Positions 1-13,465 of a stretch of 64,000 nt of DNA are shown here, in pieces. The notes under the pieces were generated by a model. It saw nothing but the letters and a program-made list of their open reading frames with translations. It searched no databases and had not been told where the DNA came from. The translations under genes were made by a program, and so were the position numbers. The stretch lies in the NCBI RefSeq assembly GCF_030144855.1, contig NC_082727.1:29512001-29576000 (forward strand), written 5' to 3'. Origin of the DNA: Hypanus sabinus. Taxonomy: Eukaryota. Positions within the stretch are counted from its first letter, which is position 1. Every line of letters begins with the position of its first letter.

Positions 1-432
1 AGGAATGTACCAGATTATGGACCACTACCTGTCGGTTCCATCCAGACACCTTGTGTCTCATCTGAGGAAGTGTTTACAGTCCTCACATTGGTTCCAGAAC
101 CACAGAACTGGAGATGAAGGCATTCATCTTCAGTCATGAGGGATTGTATAATGACCACCTGTCATTATGGCTGGTAATGACCGCCAGTTGTTGCTTGACA
201 AGTTCTCAAATCCCTAGACACCTACAGAAAGAGTTTGCACCGTGGACTCAGCTGGAGACAACTTTGCTTTATCCAAGCTCCATTTTTACCTCGTTTTGAA
301 ATCAGTTTGATTCTTACTTCATGTAGTTTTCCAGAGCAGATGTGATGGAACTGAACAGTTGCTCAGTTCTTGTACATCTGATTTACAGTTTCCTTCATGG
401 ACAGCCATTGGTAAACCAGATGGACTTCTCTG

Positions 433-975
433 ACAACACATAAAATGCAGGAGGGACTTAGAAGGTCAGGCAGCCTCTGTAGAGGAGAAAATACAGTTGA
501 CATTTCGGACTGAGACCCTTCATCAGGACTGCAAAGGAAAGGGCAGGAAGCCAGGAAAATAACATGGGGGGGGGGGAGTGCAAGCTGGCAGGTGATAGGT
601 GAGACCAGGTGAGGGGGGATGAGATGAGAAGCTGGAAGGTGATGGGTAGAAAAGGTAAAGGGCTGAAGAAGGAATCTGGCGGGAGAGGAGAGTGGACCAT
701 GGGAGAAATGAAAGGAGGAGGCATCCGAGAGGGGAGGTAGTCAGCAAGTGAAGATAAGGGAAAAGATAATAGGGGAGCCAGTATGGGGATAGAGAAAGGG
801 TGGGGGGGGGGGAAGAAATTACCCAAAGTTAGTGAAATCGATGTTCATGCTGTCATGTTGAAGGCTACCGAGACAATATGAGGTGTTGCTCCTCCAACCT
901 GAGGGTAGTCTTGTCGAGGCAATGGACGTGGCCATGAACTCGCACGTTGCTATAGAAATAGGAAGTAGAATTAAA
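433..975 (-). mobile_element. Penelope-derived repeat (3' end / pseudo-LTR). Related copies at ~16245-16380, 33950-34100, 50380-50580, 54425-54900, 58480-59020
   Basis: Shared block tctgcagatgctggaaatcc...gcaggccaggcagcatc, a purine-rich tract, and sequence continuing the GIY-YIG C-terminus (LRLEEQHL). Confidence 0.75.
494..531 (-). ncRNA. Degenerate minimal hammerhead ribozyme motif in a Penelope-derived repeat
   Basis: Minus strand reads cagtc-CTGATGA-aggg tctcag tcc-GAAA-t-GTC-aactg: helix I arms, core boxes, stem II, GUC site. Confidence 0.6.
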
Positions 976-3109
976 ATAAACTTTTCTGACAGCCTGATAA
1001 TATCATGGTCACTGTAAATGAGTTCAGTTCTTTTTAAATTCCAGAATATTTAAATGAATCAGTTCCTTCCCGGGTAGAATTTGACCTCATGTCATTGTAC
1101 TGCTAATTAGGTCTGTGGATTTACTAGTTCTATAATGTAACTACTGCATTCCTATTGTGCCAGAAGGCACAGTAATATTTCTACCATTCACAGATTGTTG
1201 TGAAATGGCAAAGGTTTAATATCAGTGGAAGCTGACTGTGTGTCTGCCCTTTCATTTCTGTCATAACCCCTGGTTTTCTGTATTCCTAATTCCAGAAGAA
1301 ATGCACAGAAATACTTAACAGTATTTGGATTTCACAGTGCAATTACTATCTTTCTTTAAAGTGTTACTGAGCCCATTACTTTTACGATGATGCAATTTTG
1401 GTGCAATTGCTTGCAAATCCACGAGGACCCTTTCTGATAATGAGTTCATCATTCTGACAATTCCAGCTATGCACAGCTGTTACTGATGATTAGGCCATCT
1501 ATCCTTGGGATTGCAACTTCTGGAGTGATGCACTGTTCTTCATCACTCGAATCTTGTGTAACTAGATGTTTAATTGGTCGTAAAGTGCAAAGCTCAAGAC
1601 TTCCCAGTGATCTAGTACTGCTTGCTAGCTTACCCTGTAGTTTATTCAGTTGCGATGTATCTCACACCTCGTCCCCGTCTGTGTCACAAAATACATTTCA
1701 CTGATCTCACGCCCCCAGAGGAAAGCTTTTCTTAGAGAAGGCCAAGTTAGAAATCAGCACACAGTTTGGCTCACTCATCAGCCATTCAAGAGACCCCCCC
1801 CCCCCCCCATCCCGATGGAAGTAGAAGATCCATAAATTAACACTTTCAAATTACTTTCTGTAGGTTATTTGTACAAATTGTTTGTGAAGTTGCTGGTGCT
1901 GACAGGATTCCTGATTGAATGTGGTTGCTTTCTTAAGACATGAGAAGCATTAGACCATTTGGCCCATCAAGTCTGCTCTGCCATTCCATTGTGGCTGATT
2001 TATTACCCCTCTTGACCCCATTCTCCCTCCTTCACCCCATAACCTTTGATGCCCTTACTAATTAAGAACTCACCAACCTCTACTTTAAATATACCTAATG
2101 ACTCGGCCTCCACAGCGATCCATGCAGTGACTTCCACAAATTCACCACCCTCTTGCTCCTTCTCTTCTCTTTACCTGCCCATCACTTCCCTCTGGTACCT
2201 CTCCACTTTCCTTTCTCCTGTGCTCCACTCTCTAATCAGATTATTCTTCTTTAGCCCTTTACAGTACTGTGCAAAAGTCTTAAACATAGAAAGCCATGGT
2301 GCTTGTGACCTTTGCACAGTAGTTTTATGTATTGCACTGTAGTGCTGCCACAAAAATTCCATGACGGATGTGAGTGGTCGTAAACCTGATTCTGATAGGG
2401 CCTCCGTTGTGGACTGAGAGTGGGAAGGGGCCAGCAGGAGGGGAATCTTCGTTGGGAAAGAGGGGAGGGAGTGGGAAGCACCAGAGAGACATTCTGTAAT
2501 GATCAGTAAACCTATTCTGTGGAATCTACTGATCTTGCCTGGTGTCTCAGGGCTGGGTGTGTCTGCACCTGCACCAACCGCTGCCCCTGGCACTCCTCTT
2601 CTGCCACCTGTTCCACACCCCTCCCGTGGCCCTCCATCCTCGCCATTCCCAACATCCTTTGCTCTCACCAGATTTACAAACTCGCTCTCTGCTCCATGTT
2701 GACAAGTAAGTAATGTGCAGAAGTCTAAGGCACTCTAGCTATCTCTATTTGCCCAAGACTTTCTTCCCCCTTTCCTTCCCTTTGATCCCAAACTGGTTCC
2801 CAGTTTATTCAGTTGTGAAGTATTTTACATCTCATCTCTGTCCATGCCACAGGATAAATTCACCAATCACACACCCCCAGAGGAAGGCCCAGTTAGGAAT
2901 CAGCGCAACAGTTCACAGCACAAAACGCTGGCTGTTTATTCCTCCCCATACCTGACCTGCTGAGCTCCTAAAGTATTTTGTGTGTGTGTTGCTGAAACTG
3001 TCCTGGGGTGCTTGAGGTGACAGTAACGTTGAATCTTCAGCCTTAAAAATCAGCATTCCTTTGATGACATTTTTTTTTGCTGATGCATTAGATTACTCAT
3101 CTGGACTAA

Positions 3110-3558
3110 TGTGAAGGACCAGGGTACGCATAAAACTGGGAGAGCTGGTAAAGGTGAAAAAATAGGGGTTTTATTACCCAAAATATTTACAACCTCAACA
3201 GAACTGTTCTAGAGTCCAAACTTGAATCAGCTAAACAGAACAGAACTAGGTTACAACAACATAATAAATACTCCCCAAACGAAGAGACACCACTCATCTC
3301 CTGACTGCGGGTTTATATTCAATACTGGCCAGTCCATAGTAAATTGCAGGGGAAAGGAAACATTCCTCTCCTTAAAAAGATACGGCATAAATGAAGCAGC
3401 TGTAATGGCTGTAGCAGAATGGCACAATCTAGCCCCATCTACTTAGGCTGGTGTAATGCAACAGCTCAGGTGTTCACCAAATTATCAGGAGGATGGTCGG
3501 CTACAGGACACTTTAATATGCCCGGTTGATGGTGCGGCTGGTATTTGTAGCTACCACA
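3110..3558 (-). mobile_element. Possible older solo LTR
   Basis: tgtg...caca ends, imperfect TSD actaa/actag, minus-strand AATAAA and TATA-like motifs. Confidence 0.35.
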
Positions 3559-3928
3559 ACTAGCCAGCCTGAGTCTTTCTCCTTTTGACCAAATTATGAT
3601 TAGTATACAGTTATGTGACAGGTTTTTGGCAAAAGTGGTGGAACGAGAAGCTTTCAGAAGAAACTAGACATGTTGTCAACAAATGGGATTTAACATTATC
3701 ATTGTGAGAATAGTATGGATAGGTGGATCTATTAAAGCCACAGTAAATTTATTATCGAAGTACATATATCTCATCATTTGAGATTCATTTTCTTGCGGGC
3801 ATTTACAGGAAAATAATGATATACAATACAATTTATGAAAAATGCCAGGTAACCAAAGACTGACAAACCGCCAATGTGGAAAAGAAGACAAATTGCAAAT
3901 AAAAAGAATAAATTATAACAGAGAACGT

Positions 3929-4245
3929 TGTCAGGAAATGTAAAGGAGGCTTGACCCAAAAGCAAGAGCAATGGAGATGAATTGGCAGAAAATTATATTT
4001 TACAAATAAACAGCAAAATAGAAAGCCAAGAGGAGCCACAAAACAAGAGAATCGATACTTAACGTAACAAAGTAACCGAAGGCTAGGAGTAACCAGTGGA
4101 GTCTGGCTGGTTTGATGGGTGAACAAAGGACTGGGTGAGAAGCTGGGTTTAAGTCGGTTGCACATGATGAGCTGGAAACAAGTGACAGGTGAATCCTGTT
4201 GGCAGTGTGGCGACTGGGAGGTATCTGCTTTTTCCAGTTTTGACA
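3929..4245 (-). mobile_element. Solo LTR (317 bp)
   Basis: TGTCA...TGACA termini and exact 5-bp TSD aacgt (3924-3928, 4246-4250). It interrupts a Rex/Babar remnant. Orientation is tentative. Confidence 0.8.
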
Positions 4246-4660
4246 AACGTGAAAATGAGACCATAGGTTGTGGAATAAATTCGGAGTTGAGGTGAGTGAA
4301 GTTACCCATGATGGTTGAAGGGTGATAACTGTTCCTGAACATGGTGGTGTGGGACCTAAGACTCCTGTACTTCCTGCCCGATGGTAGTAGTGAGAAGAGA
4401 ATGTATTTATAATGTTTTGAAAACACTGTCGATAAATTGACATTCTCGTATTCCTGGCCATTGTATTTATTGGTCTAACAAAGAAAATGTACTTCTAGTT
4501 TTCTTTGATTTACAATGCCTGCACAGTTGACTGAAGCTGAGGCTTGAAGTGCCTTGACTTTCAAATTTTGAATCCCTCTCTTCCTCGCTTCCAATTGATT
4601 GTGATAGCACACACAGTGTTTATTATCTGGTGTTAAATATGCTTTGTGCTTGTTCCGCAG

Positions 4661-4859
4661 GCACAGCCAATCCCAGATGAACTTGTCAAAAAGATTCTCG
4701 GGAACAGAGCCACGTTTAGTCCTATTGTAACTGTGGAGCCAAGAAGAAGGAAATTCCACAAGCCTATTACCATGACTATTCCAGTACCATCTGCATCAGG
4801 AGATGCATCGAATGGAAACAGAGATGCTCCAAGCCTCCGACTGCTATGCAGTATAACAG
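4661..4859 (+). CDS. ANK3: ANK3 exon, ZU5-B domain ([41 protein letters not shown]...LRLLCSITG)
   Basis: Acceptor ccgcag|GCA, donor ACAG|gttggt; 199 nt, phase 0 to 1. The peptide contains the ankyrin ZU5-B motif [18 protein letters not shown]. Confidence 0.96.
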
Positions 4860-6758
4860 GTTGGTTAGACCTCCTTGACAGATTCATAGAACATTACAGA
4901 AGAGTATAGGCCCTTGGGCCCATGATATTGTGCTAACCTTTTAACCTTGAGATCAATCTAACCGTTCCTTCCTACATTACCCTTCAATTTTTATCATCCA
5001 TGTGCCTATCTAAGAGTTTCTTAAGTGTTCATAATGTATCTCCCTCTGTCACCATTCCTGTGATTTCCTAAGCAAGATGATAGAAAAATGGAGGGCTACG
5101 TAAAAGGGAAGGGTTAGATTGATCATGGAGTATGTTAAAAGGTCAGCATTGTGGGCCAATGGCCTATACAGTGCTGCAGTGTAGCATGTTCGATGAAATG
5201 GTTGCTCAATCAGCTATGTATAATTTTGCATTATCTTTCTTGGATATCACCAGCAAGATCATCCCAGCATTTGTGTCCACCCTCAACTGTGCTATGGAGT
5301 GTGGAAATAAGGCACCAACAGCCGTCATTAGTGGTGAATGTGTTCCTACAGGGTTGTTAAGTATAGAGCTTGACGATTTAGAGCCAGGGATAATGAAGAA
5401 ATAGCAATGTTTTCTTTTTTCAAGATATAATTGGGGCTGGGAATAAGGTGGTGGTGCTCTGATGCACATTCTTCCTTTGTTTTTTTGTGGAAGCGAAGGT
5501 TGCGTGTTAAGGAGATGCTCTTGGTCAAGTTGTTGCATTGGATTCTGTAAGTGTTACTTACTGTAGCCACAGTCTCTTTGTGGTGCTGGGAAAATGCACT
5601 CATGAAAGAAATTTCCTCTTGGGTTCAGACCTTTGCTCACTGGCTGTTTTCCAAATGGAACATGTACTCATTGATGTCCTTGAGATGATGTTGCAGCTTC
5701 ATAAAACCCTGGTTAGACCACACTTAGAATATTGTGTTCTGTTCTGGTCACCTTATTATGGGAAGGATGTGGAAGCTTTTGAGCGGTGCAGAGGAGATTT
5801 ACCAGGACGGGCATATCTTATGAGGATAGGTTGAATGGGCTTTTTTCTTTGGAGCGAAGGTCCATGATGAACATTGTTGTTGATCCGTGGTGTAGCAACC
5901 AATTCATGCAAAATGTAACTGAGGACAATTCCAAGCATAAGCAGTTAGCACGACACTATTACAGCTCGGGCCACTCTGGAGTTCAGAGTTCAATTCTGGT
6001 GCTGAGTGCCAGGCCCCTTTTGGATGTTCTGCCCGTGACAGTGTGGAATTCCTCTGGATGCTCCAGTTTCGTCCCACAGCCTGATGATGGACTGGCTTGT
6101 AGATTAATCGATCATTGTAAGTTGTCCTGTGTTTAGACTAGTTGCCAGGTGGTGAGGCTTGTTGGGCTGGAAGGGCCTGGTTCACACTGTTTCTCCAAAT
6201 AAAGTCAACGAGCTGCCAGTGGTGGATACAGGTTCAGTCCCAACGTCTTTGGAAAGGTACATGGATGGAAGGGCTATAGGAGGTGAGGGGTGCTGTGGTC
6301 CAGGTGCAGGCTGATGGGAATAGGCAGGATAATAGTTCAGTATGGACTAGATGGGATGAAGGGCTTGTTTCTGTGCAATGGCTATGATATAATTGCAGTA
6401 GAAATGGGCCCTTCACCCACCACATCCATGATGATCGGCAGTTGCCCATCTGTACAAATTGTATACAGCAAATCTGTCTTTAAAGAATTTTGAGACTTCC
6501 AAAGGTTTCATTCACTTTCTATTCCTCTTACATATGGAAATGTATTCTGTTAATTATTATTGATGACTCTTGATGAAGGTGATGCTGGACTTTATGTATT
6601 TCTATATCAATGCACCAATTACAGAAATACTAGCTGGGGAAAACATTAGGATTTAATGTCTGCTGATTAACATTATTATTCCTGTATAGCCACTCACATG
6701 TCCTAATTTTTCCCTGTTGGCGAGAATTGATTCTGCCATTTTCTTTCTCATTGATTAG

Positions 6759-6855
6759 GAGGTACATCGCCTGCACAGTGGGAAGACATAACTGGAACGA
6801 CACCATTAACCTTTGTCAGTGAAGGGGTTTCTTTCACAACAAATGTCTCCGCCAG
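6759..6855 (+). CDS. ANK3: ANK3 exon, end of ZU5-B ([32 protein letters not shown])
   Basis: attag|GA...GCCAG|gtacag; 97 nt, phase 1 to 2. Translated by hand; not in the ORF track. Confidence 0.96.
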
Positions 6856-7083
6856 GTACAGTTTATCCAAAATTTTTCATCCTGTCTCCCACACAGCTCC
6901 ACACCTAGCATCCATAGTTGGTACTGTCTGCTTCTTCAGTCTAGTCAGTGCTGAAAATGGTCAAACCACCTCATCAAGCCAATCATCTTCAGTAGTGCAA
7001 AATGCATGAGAAAGTGCTTCTGATACTGGAATATGGGCAATTCAGGAGGAGGTTTTGCTTTTAATCATTTTACACATGTTATA

Positions 7084-9814
7084 CACTCAGTGGCTACTTT
7101 ATTAAGTATACCTGTACACCTAAATGTTAATGCAAATATCTAATCAGCCAATCATGGGACAGCAACTCATAAAAATGTAAGAACATAAGAAATAGGAGCA
7201 GGGGTCGGCCATCTGACCCATCAAGCCTGCTCTGCCATTCAATAAGATCATGACTGATCTGACCATGGAATCGTCTCCACCTACCTGCCTTCTCCACATA
7301 ACCCTTAATTTCTCTACTATGCAAAAACTTATCCAACCTTGTCTTAATATATTTACTGAGGAAGCCTCCACTGCTTCACTGGCAGACAATTCCACAGATT
7401 CACCACTCTGTGGGAAAAGCAGTTCCTCCTCATCTCCGTCCTAAATCTACTCCCCCAAATCTTGAGGCTATATCTCTACTTCACATCTCACCTACCAGTG
7501 GAAACAACCTTCCTGACTCGATCTTATCTATCCCTTTCATAATTTTATATGTTTCTATAAGATGTCCTCTCATTCTTCTGAATTTCATTGTACAGTCCCA
7601 GGTGACTCAATCTCTCCTCATAGTCTAACCCCCTCATCTCTGGAATCAACCTGGTGAACCTCCTCTGCACCACCTCCAAAGCCAGTATATCCTTCCTCAA
7701 AGAAGGAGACTAAGACTGTACTCTAGCTGCAGCCTCACCGGTACCCTGTACAGTTGCAGCACAACCTCCCTGCTCTTAAATTCAATCCCTCTAGCAATGA
7801 AGGCCAACATTCCATTTGCCTTCTTGATGGCCTGCTGCACCTGCAAACCAACCTTTTGTGATTCACGCACCAGCACTCCCAAGTCCCTCTGCACAGCAGC
7901 ATGCTGCAATTTTTTACCATTTAAATAATATTCTGCTCTTTCATTTTTCCTTCCAAAGTGGATGACCTTGCATTTACCAACATTGTACTCCATCTGCCAG
8001 ACCCTTGCCCACTCACTTAACCTATCTATATCTCTCTGCAGACTCTTTGTATCTTCTGCACAATTTGCTTTTCCACTCAACTTAGTATCATCAGCAAACT
8101 TAGATGCACTACACTTGGTCCCCTCTTGCAGATTGTTAATGTACATCGTGAACAGCTGCATGCCCAGCACCGAACCCTGCAGCACACCGCTCACCACTGA
8201 CTGCCAACCAGAAAAACACCCATGTGTCCAATTCTCTGCTTTCTGTTAGTTAACCAATCCTCTATCCATGCTAATACATCACCCCCAACTCTATGCATCC
8301 TTATCTTATGGATAAGTCTTTTATGTGGTACGTAATCGAACAACTTCTGGAAATCCAAGTAAATAATTTCCAACTGTTTTCCTCTACCCACTGAGCCTGT
8401 TATGTCCTCAAAGAACTTCAGTAAGTTTGTCAAACAGGACCTGCCTTTGCTGAATCCATGCTCCGTCTGCCTGATGGACCCATTTCTTTCCAGGTGCCTC
8501 GCTATTTCTTCTTTAATGAGAGCTTCAAGCATTTTCCCAATTATAGGTGTTAAACTAACTGGCCTATAGTTACCTGCCTATAGCCTTCATCCTTTTTTGA
8601 ATAGTGGCGTGGCATTCACCATCTTCCAATCTGCCAGGACTTGCCCACAGTCCAGAGAATTTTGGTAAATCATCACCAAAGCCTCTACTATAGCTTTTGC
8701 CATTTTATTAGTACCCTGGGATGCATTCCATCAGGACCAGGAGACTTGTCTGTCTTTAGGCCCACAAGCTTGCTCAGCCCTACCACTTTAGTGATAGCTA
8801 TTGTAACAAGGTCCTTGCCTCCCAATGCATCCATAAATCTCTCTTTCTCATCCATAAATCTCTCATGTGCCCTTCACCGTGAAGACCAACACAAAAAAGT
8901 CCTTCAAAGCCTCGGCCATTTCCTCATTACTCTACCTCAAATCCCCCTTCTTGTCCTTACATTCACTTTAGCCACCCATTTCTGTTTTATATTATTATAA
9001 AAACTTTTACTATCTGTTTTTATATTTTGTGCTAGTTTATTTTCATAAACTAGCTTCCCATTCTTTATTGCTCACTTAGTGGTAGTTTGATGCTTTTTAA
9101 AGTTTTCCAAATTTTCCAGTTTCCCACTACTCTTGATGACTTTGTATACACAAGCTTTTAGTTTGATGCCTTCTTTTATTTCCTTAGTTATCGAAGGCTG
9201 GCTCTCTCCATACTTACTGGCCTTGCTTTAAAGGAATACGCTTTCGTTGAGTACCATGAAAAATCTCTTTGAAAGTCTTCCGCTGTTCCTCAATTGTCCC
9301 ATTACATAGCCTGTGTTTCCAGTCGACACTAGCCAAATACTCCCTCATCCCATTGTAGTCTCCATACGTAAAAGCATGCAGACATGGTCAAGAGGTTCAG
9401 TTGCTTTTCAGACCAAACATCTGAAAGGGGAAGAAGTGTGATGTAAGTGATTTTGACCATGGAATGATTGTTGGTGCCGGATGTGGTAGTTTGTGTGTCG
9501 CAGAAACTGCTGATATTTTCATACAGAACTGCTCTAGAGTTTACAGAAAATGGGACGACAAACGAAAAACATCCAGTGAGTGGCAGTTCAATGGACAAAA
9601 AGGACTTCTCAATGAGAGAGTTCAGGCTGGTTCAGTCTAACAGGAAGGCAAGAATAACTCAATTAACCAGGTGTTATAACAGGGGTGTACAGAAAAGCAT
9701 CTCTCAATGCATAGCATGCCAAACCTTGAAGTGGATAGGCCACAGGCGCAGAAGGCCACAGGCATACACTCTGCGACCACTTTATTAGGTACCTAATAAA
9801 ACAGCCACAGAGTG
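7084..9814 (+). mobile_element. Tc1-like non-autonomous element split by the CR1 insertion. Related copies at ~10690-10930 and 31256-31770
   Basis: TIR cactcagtggc(t/c)actttatt at both ends, TA at the left end, remnant of the transposase N-terminal HTH region at 9440-9770. Confidence 0.75.
7176..9366 (-). mobile_element. CR1 LINE, 5'-truncated and degenerate
   Basis: HGFSKGRSCLTNL, SGVLQGSVLG, KFADDTKL, QMEYNVGKCKVIHFG; 3' tail (ttcttatg)n. Confidence 0.9.
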
Positions 9815-11529
9815 TGTACCCGTCAGTGCATACTCAGTACTAAGTAAAAAGGAGTTGCAGATTTCTGCACAATGATGGTTTTTGTCAAGAGCAAAGTATA
9901 CTTGGCCATTCAGGTATGACCTAGAGGATCAGTGAATACAAAATTGTATTCTATCATCATTCAGCTACCACCATAAGAGAAGGGTTGTCAGTAAATGTTT
10001 CTCAGTATTTTAGCTTGCATACTCCTTTCACCCCAAGACCCAGCTGTTTTAATGATGACTTATTAAAAGATTAAGTGAAGAACACAGGCAACTTTGTTTA
10101 CAGGTTTACTTTTCAGTGAATACAATGGCTATATGGATACCTTGTAGTCATATTAGGTTCAGACTTCACATGTAGTAGCTAATGATATAAATGATTGTTA
10201 ATGATACAGACCATGGAAATCTGATGTAAAAATAGAATACCTGCAAAATGATGCTCCCTGGCCTGCTGAATCTCCTCAGGTTTTTCTGTTTCTCCTGAGG
10301 AGAAGCAAGCTACATTCCTTGAACTGATGTCCCTCACCTGAGTTCTGTAGAAATGGGTTCAGATTATTGATCTTTACTTTCACAAATCCAATTAAAGGAC
10401 CGGTTTTGAATTTTTAAAGTATTACCAACTAAGAATGCAGCAACTCTGAAATATCTAACGCAGTACAATGATTTAATTGTCAAAATAGGGACACCAAAAT
10501 AAAGCAACATAAAAGGAATTAAGTTAATCTGAGTTCTGTGCCTGAATTCTGAGAATCATCTTCAGAGTTTAACTGGCATTGTGATGCCTTGCTGATATGT
10601 CAGGACTGTTACAGATCGGTATCCAGTTGGTCAATAGAAATTCTTTAACGTTACAAACACAAAAATACAGTCCAATATGTGAATGGATTTACACTACATT
10701 AGGTGCAGGAGTGGAACCCGTGTGGTCATCTTCTACTGGAGCCCATCCACTTCAAGATTTGATGTGTCGTGCATTCTGCACATCACTGTTGTAACCCATG
10801 GGTACTGTCGCCTTCCTGTCAGCTTGAACCAGTCTGGCTATTCTCCTCTGACCTCTCTCATTAACAACGTGTTTTTGCCCACAGAATTGCCCCTCACTGG
10901 TGTACCTGTAAAGTGGCCTCTGAGTGTGTGTGTACAGTCAAAACTTCATTCAAGTCCTTGATACAACAGTTTCACTTGAATGACCAAATCCTTCAATTAA
11001 TTCTCTCCTCTGCTGCCTGCAAGGATTTTCAGAATGGTTTGGGGCATTAGTGGGTCTCATGTTTGTCAGTCCTCAATTGCTCCTATAGATTTTTATGATT
11101 TAATTACAAAATCTTAATCCTGGAATGCCCTCTTTACAATGTGCCCTTCAGAATCTACCACTGTAAATCCTCTGCTTTATACCATGCAGTTATTAGTTGT
11201 GGATCTCTAAGGTTTCTCTCTCTCCCCCGTTTTCTGGTAATAGTAGTTGCTTAGTAGTCACACTGTTTACAAGCTCCTACATCAAGTGTACCGGAATGTC
11301 ATTGAACTGTGAAATTCAATACCTAAAACGTTTAGAGATGCAGACTTGCTTGATACTTTTAAATCCAGCTATTTATTTAATCTTGCTTTTAACATCTTTT
11401 TGTCTTTTACTTTCATGCTTATTCTTTTCATGTTTACACTTATAAAGGACTTTGAACTACATTATCTGTATGAAAATTGCTCTATAAATGAAGTTATTAT
11501 ATTTGCTTCTTTTTACTCTGTTATTATAC

Positions 11530-11955
11530 AGGGCTTATACTCGCTGGAATTTAGAAGATTGAGGGGGGATCTTATTGAAACGTATAAAATTCTAAAGGGA
11601 TTGGACAGGTTAGATGCAGGAAGATTGTTCCCGATGTTGGGGAAGTCCAGAACGAGGGGTCACAGTTTAAGGATAAAGGGGAAGCCTTTTAGGACCAAGA
11701 TGAGGAGAAACTTCTTCACACAGAGAGTGGTGAATCTGTGGAATTCTCTGCCACAGGAAACAGTTGAGACCAGTTCATTGGCTATATTTAAGAGGGGGGT
11801 TAGATATTGCCCTTGTGGCTAAAGGGATCAGGGGGTATGGAGAGAAAGCAGGTACAGGGTTCTGAGTTGGATGATCAACCATGATCATACTGAATGGTGG
11901 TGCAGGCTCGAAGGGCCGAATGGCCTACTCCAGCACCTTTTTTCTATGTTTCTAT
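11530..11955 (+). mobile_element. CR1 3' fragment
   Basis: GLYSLEFRRLRGDLIETYKILKG...FFTQRVVNLWNSLP, with a (tttctatg) tail. Confidence 0.88.
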
Positions 11956-12494
11956 TGCTTCTACCAGAGATGGGTGCTTCAGAGTTGCGCAGAGCTGAAG
12001 CAAGCCCCTTAGCCCACTTAGCCATCCATAATACTGATACTTCTTTCGATCTTCCCACATACCAAGCAATTCACCCTGGATTCTGCCACTCATCTACACA
12101 CTACTTTAATGCTGGACTAACCTGCAAATCTTTGGGATGTGGGAGGAAACCCAGGGAGAGTGCACATTCCACACGGACAGCAGCCGAGGTCGGGATGGAA
12201 CTGTGGGGCAGCAATTCTACTAGCCATTGCCACCCTGGCATCCACAAGCATTAAAAAGTTTAGCAACAGTTTTCTTCTGCAGAATGACAAGATGTAGTGC
12301 TCCACAACCCTTCACTCACTCAGAGTTCTACAGGGTGGTTAGACAAAGTTGATTTATTTCACAGAACTTTTATTGGCAAGGAATTGAAGAAAATTCCTCT
12401 AGTGCAGATAATACAATTGCTTACTATTGATAGGAAGCTTATGAAAAAAATGTATATGCTAACAATAATATTTGTAATTTTTTCATTAATGTAT

Positions 12495-12872
12495 CTGAGT
12501 GGCCTGGAGTGAATGTCCGTACAAACGTGGCTGGTGGGATGGAGATACATCTCTACCAAAGGAGATGTAAGGCGCTCCTTCCCTCCGTAAGCCTGCAGGT
12601 CACCCTTGGGCAAGGTGACCCGATCAGGGTCATATGAAGCCAAGGAAGCAGGTGGTGGATGATCGGATGATCGGATGATCGGCAATACCACAAGACCTGG
12701 TTATGCGACCACTGATGCCAAGCAGACAGACGCTGGGGTCATCCGTCTTGTAAAGACACTGCCCAGAAGAGGGCAATAGCAAACCACTTCTGCAGAAAAA
12801 TTTGCCAAGAACAATCACGGTCATGAGACCATAATCTCCCTCGTCGTATGACACAGCACATAATGATGATGC
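12495..12872 (+). mobile_element. RTE-related SINE-like element
   Basis: gaagagggcaatagcaaaccacttctg resembles the RTE/BovB-type 5' motif; (gat)n tail. Confidence 0.5.
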
Positions 12873-13236
12873 AAATAGGCAGAAAAGACTGTAAACTGTT
12901 TATGCAACTCCCCCCCCCCCCCCCAACCCACCGTATTTGTACATCTGTCATACAAAAGTCACGGCAGTTTTCATGAACTGAATCAAGTACTGGGGAGAAA
13001 GTCCCAAATATTGCAACTTCCATTAGTTATTTAACCGGATTGATTGTTCTGTCGATCCTGTGTGTTGATATTCACCAGCTGTCAGGAAATAAAATAACAA
13101 CCAATGGGCAATAAAATATTCATAAAGGTGGTTTTATAAGTGATTTGTGATCTCCAATTCTAATGGTCTAGTGTGTCAATATTAACACAGGCAAAACTTG
13201 AGATGTCTTTGAACATGTTTGTAATTCTTTGCACAG

Positions 13237-13465
13237 GTTTTGGCTTGTCGACTGTCATCAGGTGCCAGAAACTGTTAGTTTAGCCACGCAGCTGTACAGA
13301 GAATTGATCTGTGTCCCCTACATGGCTAAATTTGTTGTATTTGCCAAAATGCATGACCCAGTGGAGGCCCGTCTGCGTTGTTTCTGTATGACGGACGATA
13401 AAGTTGACAAGACGTTAGAGCAGCAGGAAAACTTCACAGAAGTGGCACGGAGCAAAGACATTGAG
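13237..13465 (+). CDS. ANK3: ANK3 exon, UPA domain (FWLVDCHQ...[12 protein letters not shown]...[31 protein letters not shown])
   Basis: gcacag|G...GAG|gtacac; 229 nt, phase 2 to 0. Conserved ankyrin UPA sequence. Confidence 0.97.

Noticed and set aside
566-813. G homopolymer runs (C runs also at ~1795, 12909, 57472)
   Set aside because: Low-complexity tracts, some inside repeats; run lengths are prone to sequencing error.
6820-6830. Gly in place of the usual Cys in ZU5-B (SEGVSF)
   Set aside because: Single substitution judged against recalled orthologues; its significance cannot be assessed without an alignment.
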